Source of the DNA: a virus
Lineage: Duplodnaviria; Caudoviricetes
Reading direction: 5' to 3' (one strand)
IMG/VR virus record: IMGVR_UViG_3300028145_000137
Location: 1-46,304 of that record
DNA: 46,304 bases
Part shown: positions 44,033-46,304 of the stretch, in pieces
Layout: each line of letters opens with the position of its first letter
Position numbering within the stretch: the stretch's first letter is position 1
Position numbers and translations under genes: made by a program
The notes under the pieces: generated by a model
Database searches by the model: none
What the model was told of the DNA's origin: nothing
The model's input: only the letters and a program-made list of their open reading frames with translations

Positions 44033-46304
44033 CTAAAAGGACCCAACATCGAAGTCGATCTCCGCTGTCGAGAGGCGGAGTGGGGTGTTTTCTGTGTGGC
44101 GGAGCCCGAAGGCCCTCCTGCGGCCACTCCCCAGGTTCGATATCTTTGCCCGTTTCTGCGCCATCGGGATAGTTCGGTAAAGGGACCAGGATTGGTAATC
44201 ATCGTCAGAGTAGCGAACAAGGATGTTTGTGGTTACTTTATCCCCAACAAGCTCGAATCGATTATACCGCTTCGATGCCATCAGGCCGAAGTCGTTGAGC
44301 ATTGTCCGGATTAGGAGATCGATTGGGAGGCCCTTGTCTTGGTAGAGCGCTGGGTCGAAGGTGTAGACATCCCCGGTGTCGATGTCAAGGAGTAGGTCTG
44401 CGCCGCTTCCCTTTGCATAGTAGACTCCGGGGAAATATGATTCAGTGTAGAAGGTGCCGAGGATTGTCCCTGTGATAGCCCCACTTACTGCAGTTGTGGG
44501 GGTGTAGGTGAACTGGGAGGTCGACATTGAGCTTGAGTCATAGCGGAGGTTGAATTCTCCATCTGCTGTGCTTGGCGTTGCCCCGCTTACTGTCACAACA
44601 TTCCCATCGGCCTGGCCATGCGGAGCACTCGTCGTTGCGAGGATCGAGCCATCGGCCTGGACAACTGCGCTGACGATTGAAACAGGTGCGGCGGCGGTCA
44701 AGTGAGACCAAGTGTGCCACTCACCGGTCACTTCATCGAGGACTAGTGTGATGGCGCTCGTAACGAGGGTGAGGACGTAGAAGAAGTGCCCATTCGTCTT
44801 CACGACGAAGGCGTATACCTCGGCGAGGCTATCCCCATTCAGCACCCGGTCGATGTATTGGTTGGAGATGTATTTAGGGGTGTAACCCTCAAGCTTCATG
44901 ATGGAACGTCCCTTCTGGCGGGAGTTGGCCATGAAGTAGACGGTGTTGTCGCTGAAGGCAATAGAGCCTGCCGAGGCGCAGCCGATCTCGAGGAGTGCAT
45001 TGAGGACCTTGGAGAGCGGCGAGCCTGTCGCATTGCCCGCGTCATAGAAGAACTCAGTTGAGAAGTCCTTGAATGCGACAACATAGTTGAGCTGGCGGAC
45101 GAGGGCTACTGCTGCGTCGGCCTCGGCATTCGCCGAGATGAAGTTCGTCGCGGTCCAGGAGGTTGGGGCATTGAGGTCGGAGCCGAATATAACCCCGCGG
45201 GAGTTCATCACGTAGATTGTGCCGTCGAGATAGACGACGCCGTAGACGGTCGAAGGAGGGTAGTCGGCATCGGTGATTCGTGTGACTGAGAGACCGTTGT
45301 AGTAGTAAGCAACCTCGTTGTTCTTGAGGAAGATCGCTGTTGGGGTGGTTAAGGTCGCCGGGATGAGGGTCATCTGGAACGGCAGGCATGAGGTCGCTGG
45401 GGGTGGGGTTAGGGGGATCGAAGTTGAAACCGTTGGCGTGGCGAAGAAGAGCCCATCGCGGATTGCGCTTGAAGTTTCGCCCGGACCAATATAGAGCGCC
45501 CCATTATGGACAGTTGAGCCAGCCGCCTTGCGGGTGGTCCAAGCAGAGGAGGCGGATGCAAGAAGCCACGCGCTCCCATCGCTTGAGCCATAGACATCGT
45601 TGAGGAGGACCGAAGCGCCCGCGTTCGTGGCCCCGCCACCAATCCACAAGCGGCCATTCGAGACCCATGCGGAGGCTCCCCATCGCGCGGGGAAGCCTGC
45701 CGGGTCGACAAGAAGAACGAAGTTCGCTCCATCGTCGGATGAAACCCAGACATCGTTCTTGACTGTAGCGCCGCTTACGATGCCGGCGCCGACATACAAC
45801 TTGTTGCTGAGGGACCACACATTGAAGCCGACACGGTTTGCCAGCAGAGCTACACCGGCATTTACTGCCAGCCATGTTGCACCGTTGGAGGATGACCAAA
45901 TTTGGAATGCGCCGGATGCGCTGCTGAGGAATGCGTAAAGCAGGCTGTTGTGGATTATGAGGGCTTGGCTGAAGAGCGTGCCGCCACCCGACAAATCGGC
46001 AGTTTCTTGTGTCCAGGCCACACCATCGGGGCTTGACTGGACTGCCCGCGAGGCTGTGATGCCTAAGGCGTAGATCTTCCCGCCGAATGAGACAGCTAGT
46101 TGGGAGTTGCTTGAGGCTGAGCCGTTGTTGCCGATGGCGGTTGAGGTCCAGGGGGTAGAGATCGTGGACCAGCTTGTCCCATTATTGAGGGACTTGTAGA
46201 CGCTGATTTGGGTGTCGCCATTGTCGCGGCCCCCAATAGCGAAGAGGTTGCCGCCGTGGGAGACAAGATAGCTGCCGTGGGCTGTGCCGACGGATGAGCC
46301 GGCT
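44033..46304 (-). CDS. P22 gp10-like tail hub protein, C-terminal portion (open to the right edge), with a Kelch-like propeller insertion
   Basis: The frame stays open upstream of the listed GTG to the window end. VYLDGTIYV, STEFFYDAGN, IGCASAGS, NGHFFYVLTL, VRYSDDDYQSWS, LGSGRRRAF. Kelch/BNR-like repeats LYVGAG...NDVWVSSDDG. Confidence 0.8.
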   Translation of the reverse strand, partial: AGSSVGTAHGSYLVSHGGNLFAIGGRDNGDTQISVYKSLNNGTSWSTISTPWTSTAIGNNGSASSNSQLAVSFGGKIYALGITASRAVQSSPDGVAWTQETADLSGGGTLFSQALIIHNSLLYAFLSSASGAFQIWSSSNGATWLAVNAGVALLANRVGFNVWSLSNKLYVGAGIVSGATVKNDVWVSSDDGANFVLLVDPAGFPARWGASAWVSNGRLWIGGGATNAGASVLLNDVYGSSDGSAWLLASASSAWTTRKAAGSTVHNGALYIGPGETSSAIRDGLFFATPTVSTSIPLTPPPATSCLPFQMTLIPATLTTPTAIFLKNNEVAYYYNGLSVTRITDADYPPSTVYGVVYLDGTIYVMNSRGVIFGSDLNAPTSWTATNFISANAEADAAVALVRQLNYVVAFKDFSTEFFYDAGNATGSPLSKVLNALLEIGCASAGSIAFSDNTVYFMANSRQKGRSIMKLEGYTPKYISNQYIDRVLNGDSLAEVYAFVVKTNGHFFYVLTLVTSAITLVLDEVTGEWHTWSHLTAAAPVSIVSAVVQADGSILATTSAPHGQADGNVVTVSGATPSTADGEFNLRYDSSSMSTSQFTYTPTTAVSGAITGTILGTFYTESYFPGVYYAKGSGADLLLDIDTGDVYTFDPALYQDKGLPIDLLIRTMLNDFGLMASKRYNRFELVGDKVTTNILVRYSDDDYQSWSLYRTIPMAQKRAKISNLGSGRRRAFGLRHTENTPLRLSTAEIDFDVGSF

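Noticed and set aside
1-46304. Exact circular closure of the window
   Set aside because: Both ends lie in the same gp10-like gene, but joining base 1 to base 46304 leaves a 2-nt codon, and I see no terminal overlap. Some sequence (3n+1 nt) is missing.

Overview
The window is a nearly complete, GC-rich, podovirus-like tailed-phage genome, opened inside a P22-gp10-like tail gene whose start is at 253 and whose remainder runs 46304->44033. The ends do not join in frame, so a short stretch is missing. The minus strand carries the virion arm: TerS, TerL, portal, GroES, scaffold, a Tad2/DUF2829 anti-defence gene, decoration protein, major capsid protein, gp4/gp10-like tail proteins, ejection proteins, fibres, holin, endolysin and two HNH endonucleases. 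The plus strand (16.2-33.2 kb) carries early and replication genes: DUF932, Cas4-like nuclease, Sak4-like ATPase, SSB and a family-A DNA polymerase split into UDG-exonuclease and polymerase genes. An inverted RepA-like helicase sits beside an iteron/IHF-rich origin candidate. I recognised no integrase, primase, RNA polymerase or spanin. IHF and sigma54 motifs point to a proteobacterial host (inference). The most unusual signals are: (1) a small non-structural protein carrying an 11/15-identical, synonymously diverged copy of capsid residues 57-71, a candidate capsid-mimic decoy; (2) a tRNA-shaped RNA whose anticodon arm is replaced by a 50-nt arm with a loop-E/sarcin-ricin-type motif; (3) a full sigma54-type promoter (UAS-like repeat, IHF site, -24/-12) ahead of the early genes; (4) the polymerase split by three inserted genes. 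All assignments come from reading motifs by eye; no searches were run.
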